DNA from: Planctopirus limnophila DSM 3776
Lineage (GTDB): Bacteria > Planctomycetota > Planctomycetia > Planctomycetales > Planctomycetaceae
Reading direction: 5' to 3'
NCBI RefSeq assembly: GCF_000092105.1
Contig: NC_014148.1
Span: forward strand, 450,001-482,000
DNA length: 32,000 nt
In this document: positions 28,701-32,000 of the stretch, one piece after another
Layout of the letters: every line of letters begins with the position of its first letter
Numbering within the stretch: the stretch's first letter is position 1
Made by a program: the position numbers and the translations under genes
The notes under the pieces: generated by a model
Databases searched by the model: none
Told to the model about the DNA's origin: nothing
Seen by the model: the letters and a program-made list of their open reading frames with translations, nothing else

Positions 28701-29576
28701 TCAGTCGTGTTCAGGATTCGCGATGAGTTGCTGGAGTGTCTGCAAATTGATCAGATCGAGATCCACGCCATCCCGCTCCCCTTTTTCGGTCTCCAGATAC
28801 TTGGGGATGTGGGACAACCGATCGTCATGGAGCAATCGCGAAAAAGGGATGCGACCCAGCTGCCCTTCGCCAATATGGGCATGTCGATCCACCCGACTGC
28901 CCAACCCTTTCATACTGTCATTGAGATGAAACGCACGCACGCGATCGAAGCCAATCTTTTGCGAAAACTTCTCCAAAGTGTCCGCGTAATCATCAGCCGT
29001 ATGTAGTGGATAACCAGCGGCGAAAATGTGACAGGTATCGATGCAGATTCCAATTCGATCCGGTTCCCGCACACCATCGAGCATCTGAGACAACTCTTCA
29101 AACCGGGCGCCGAGGCAACTTCCCTGACCGGCAGTCGTTTCGAGCCAGACCTGAGCCCGAAATCCTTTGCACTTCGCATGGACATCGTCCAGGGCTTCAA
29201 TCACGCGGGTAATCCCGGCTTCGGGCGTCGATTTGACGGCACTGCCGGGATGCAACACGACGCCGGGAATCCCCAGCGCTTCGGCTCGCTCCAGTTCATC
29301 CACGAGGGCATCGCAGGATTTATTCCAAAGCACGTCATCAGGACTGGCTAAGTTGATCAGATAACTGGCATGAGCGCAGGTGGCCTGAATTCCGGTCGAT
29401 TTCCAGGTCGTCTGGAATTGGCGAATGTCGTCCTCTGTCAGCGGTTTCCCCCGCCATTGATTGTTATTCTTGGTGAAGAGCTGCACGCAGCCCATCCCCA
29501 GGCGATGACCCGCTTCGAGGGCTTTATAACAGCCCCCCGCAATCGACATGTGCGCACCAAGAATCGACACTGGCAT
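28701..29576 (-). CDS. nfo: Deoxyribonuclease IV (endonuclease IV, AP endonuclease family 2)
   Basis: Blocks present: LGAHMSIAGG, VQLFTKNNNQWRGKPL, HASYLINLASPD, VVLHPGS, VWLETTAGQG, ICIDTCHIFAAGY, HLNDS, DRHAHIGEGQLG. I place the start at Met10 (29576). Confidence 0.92.
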   Translation of the reverse strand: MPVSILGAHMSIAGGCYKALEAGHRLGMGCVQLFTKNNNQWRGKPLTEDDIRQFQTTWKSTGIQATCAHASYLINLASPDDVLWNKSCDALVDELERAEALGIPGVVLHPGSAVKSTPEAGITRVIEALDDVHAKCKGFRAQVWLETTAGQGSCLGARFEELSQMLDGVREPDRIGICIDTCHIFAAGYPLHTADDYADTLEKFSQKIGFDRVRAFHLNDSMKGLGSRVDRHAHIGEGQLGRIPFSRLLHDDRLSHIPKYLETEKGERDGVDLDLINLQTLQQLIANPEHD

Positions 29577-29664
29577 TCTCCGGACGGATCTGATTTTTCT
29601 CAAAGAATACCTTAACGCTCATCGGACTCACATTGAATGACTCGATAATCATTGAGGTCTGGGT

Positions 29665-30519
29665 TTGCCGGTGGAAAGTGAATCGACAGTGACGCAGTGG
29701 TACCAGGTTTTGATCATCGGTCTGGCGATGGGGTGCATGCTCCTCGGGATCGCAGTCGCGATTGTCTCCACAAAGCGAACCCGCACGGAAAAGAATCGGG
29801 GAGGCTCAACTTCCACTCCTTCATGTTCAAAAAATGAGATATCGCCGATTGATCAAGATGTTTCGCACCACTCGCCAAATGCCGGTGCCGGGTCGAATGT
29901 GTTTGCTGATGCCACATTGGCAGCAAATTCTGACCAGCATCGTGTGCCCGACCAGCAGATTGATGCAGAAATTCTGGCTTCAGCCGAGCACGATATCCTG
30001 CTGCATTGGAACAGCCTGACCCGTACTGCAGAAGAGTATTTACACAGAGGAGGCCATCGCGGCATCTGCTGGCAGATCATGGGGTGGCAACCAGAGATCG
30101 TGTTGGCAACAGCGCCTTCCACCATTGGCGTGTGGGCAGTAGCGGGGATTGAGTTGCTTCCCGATCTATCAAACAATGAAGAGTTGCTCGATGCTCCTGG
30201 TGCTGATCAGATCAAGCAGGCCAGTCTGCTGTTTCACTATGCGGCAATCAATTTATCGGAACCCATGGAACCGCAGTTTCATCGCCCCGATCATCCTCTC
30301 CCCCACCAGAATACAGATTCAAAAACTGGAACTGTTGATCTGCCATCTGTAGCGGATATTGCTTCCGATCAAGCCTCAGACCTCCGGTTGAATTCCTTAA
30401 GGGATGAACCATTGCGGTGGCGATTTGCCTGTCGATTGCTCATGAATCTATCTCCAGAGCGGGCGGTCGAGCGGCTGAGCTACCGTCTTCAAGCAAAAAT
30501 CCAACGTCCTGATCGTTGA
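29665..30519 (+). CDS. Hypothetical membrane-anchored protein
   Basis: A single N-terminal TM helix (WYQVLIIGLAMGCMLLGIAVAIVS) is followed by a Ser/Pro/Asn-rich linker and a 200-aa domain with no motif I recognise. The TTG start is uncertain; a GTG near 29691 is possible. Confidence 0.5.
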   Translation: MPVESESTVTQWYQVLIIGLAMGCMLLGIAVAIVSTKRTRTEKNRGGSTSTPSCSKNEISPIDQDVSHHSPNAGAGSNVFADATLAANSDQHRVPDQQIDAEILASAEHDILLHWNSLTRTAEEYLHRGGHRGICWQIMGWQPEIVLATAPSTIGVWAVAGIELLPDLSNNEELLDAPGADQIKQASLLFHYAAINLSEPMEPQFHRPDHPLPHQNTDSKTGTVDLPSVADIASDQASDLRLNSLRDEPLRWRFACRLLMNLSPERAVERLSYRLQAKIQRPDR

Positions 30520-30902
30520 CTTGTTTCGGCAGAAGTTGCCATTCGCAGGGCTCGAACGACAGTTCGTCTTGGTGTGATCGAGCAATTGTGCCTACAAGCG
30601 ATAAAAGCGGCACGAAACGCACGACTTTGATGTGAATCTGTATGGCCTGTATCGATGTTGCGGAATCAGTAAACCTGACGCCCTGAGCATTGGACCATGT
30701 GTTGATGCGGTTAACGATTCCGATACGTTCGACGAGACCATGGCAGACGCTCGCGCTCAAGAGGCCTGCCAGTCGCGAATTTCGGAATGGATGCCGGTCG
30801 GCATCATCCCCTTGACTCTGCAAGGCTCGCAGGGAGTTTGGCGGTGGGATATCGCCAGACTCGGGATTTTCCGAACACATGGAACGTGTGATTGAGGAGC
30901 GC

Positions 30903-32000
30903 ATGATGCAGTTTTCTCTCCCAAAGTCCTGGCGGACATCACTGGCTCGCGCCGGTGTGCTGCTGGGTGCTTTTGGCGCGATGGCAATGCCGGTGTTTGC
31001 TGAGGATGCAACCACGATTGCCGAACAGGCCAAAAAGCGTTTGAACGGCGAAGTGGTGGCAGCCCCTGCCTCCCCGATTTACCAGGTCAGCGCTATGCAG
31101 GAACAGGTGCCTCCACCTGTTCCTGGTGCCAACGTTGGTCAACCAGACCAGATTTTCGTGGATCCTGGTTACGCTGCACCCGCAGAAGCTGAAGAAGCTG
31201 GTCCCTGGACACTCCAGAGCGTGATGGGCTCTGGCCTGGCCGATAAAGGCATCGTTTTTGGCGGATGGGCCGATATCGGTTACTCCAGCAATCCTGACCT
31301 GTCGTTTACCAGCGCTGCTGAAGACGACAATGTCAACCTCAGCCAGTTCTACATGTTCCTGAAGAAAGAAGCTGACGGCTCCAAAGGGATCGATTGGGGT
31401 TTCCGCTTCGACGCCCTCTACGGTACTGACGGTGACGACGCTCAGTCGTTTGGTAACCCCAACCGTACCTATGACAACTCAGCTGCGTTTGATCACGGGA
31501 TCTACGAGTGGGCCTTGCCACAGCTCTACGGCGAAATCGCTGTGGGAGATGTCTCGGTCAAGCTGGGTCACTTCTATACCATCATCGGTTACGAAGTTGT
31601 GACCTCGCCTGACAACTTCTTCTACAGCCGCCAGATCATGTTCTGGAACAGTGAGCCCTTCACTCACACCGGTGCTCTCGCCACTTGGAAAGCCAGCGAC
31701 AAGCTGACTGTCTGGGGCGGTTGGACTGCTGGTTGGGATACCGGCTTTGCCCAGTTCGATGGCGGTAGCAACTTCCTCGGTGGTATGAGCTATGCTGCCA
31801 CTGACAAGTTGAGCCTGGTCTACACCACAGCTCTCGGCGATTTCGGTCTCCGTGGGACAGGGGCCATCAACAGCTTCATCCTCTCCTACATGATTACCGA
31901 CAAGCTCCAGTACGTTGGTCAGTACGACGTGCTCGGAACGAATAACGACGTTGATTTCCAGACAGACGGTGTCGTTCGCGACTCGAACGGTCTGGTCAAC
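30903..32000 (+). CDS. Outer-membrane beta-barrel protein (OmpL-like porin, bbp2 type); N-terminal 366 codons, runs off the right edge
   Basis: Absent from the ORF track because there is no stop in the window. I translated all 366 codons with no stop. GAGGAG lies 5 nt before the ATG. The signal peptide ends in AMPVFA|ED. Alternating aromatic/Gly strands follow: GIVFGGWADIGY, IDWGFRFDALYG, VKLGHFYTIIGYE, FFYSRQ, EPFTHTG, LTVWGGWTAGWD. Confidence 0.65.
   Translation, partial: MMQFSLPKSWRTSLARAGVLLGAFGAMAMPVFAEDATTIAEQAKKRLNGEVVAAPASPIYQVSAMQEQVPPPVPGANVGQPDQIFVDPGYAAPAEAEEAGPWTLQSVMGSGLADKGIVFGGWADIGYSSNPDLSFTSAAEDDNVNLSQFYMFLKKEADGSKGIDWGFRFDALYGTDGDDAQSFGNPNRTYDNSAAFDHGIYEWALPQLYGEIAVGDVSVKLGHFYTIIGYEVVTSPDNFFYSRQIMFWNSEPFTHTGALATWKASDKLTVWGGWTAGWDTGFAQFDGGSNFLGGMSYAATDKLSLVYTTALGDFGLRGTGAINSFILSYMITDKLQYVGQYDVLGTNNDVDFQTDGVVRDSNGLVN

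Noticed and set aside
30440-31033. 197-aa minus-strand ORF
   Set aside because: It overlaps the 3' end of the 29665..30519 gene and the start, including the signal peptide, of the well-supported porin-like gene on the + strand. Its composition is Arg/Ser/Ala-rich, typical of an antisense frame.

Overview
The window looks like a Planctomycetota chromosomal segment. The evidence is two DUF1559 proteins with prepilin-type N-termini, one PSCyt1/DUF1549/LamG/DUF1553 giant protein, and a bbp2-type porin. I call about 22 protein genes and found no rRNA, tRNA, CRISPR array, integrase or transposase.

Housekeeping genes, left to right:
- partial PQQ sugar dehydrogenase
- thioester-reductase-type SDR with an SCP2-like tail
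- cysH-like APS/PAPS reductase
- rpsO-pnp
- a long sigma-70 family factor
- GNAT acetyltransferase
- nfo
- partial outer-membrane beta-barrel protein

Two genes run off the window edges and are missing from the ORF track: 1..520 (-) and 30903..32000 (+).

Regions worth a second look:
1. A co-directional cluster at 3036-9151: App1/DUF2183-like phosphatase, then an M50 protease fused to an HlyD-type adaptor, then an uncharacterised 169-aa protein, then an SNF2 helicase. It does not match any system I recognise.
2. A low-GC islet at about 10.8-12.5 kb carrying a UbiE/MenG-like methyltransferase and a 151-aa protein with a canonical HEPN RNxxxH motif. It sits between an intact NarL-type response regulator and a frameshifted, decayed copy of that regulator's 3' part. 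The two copies still share a 54-bp patch that is 51/54 identical.
3. A roughly 90-bp palindromic repeat family, with two clean copies and one degenerate copy. The degenerate copy is bracketed by 30-bp direct repeats that duplicate the last codons of the cysH-like gene.

All functional calls come from motif recognition by eye. No database search was run.
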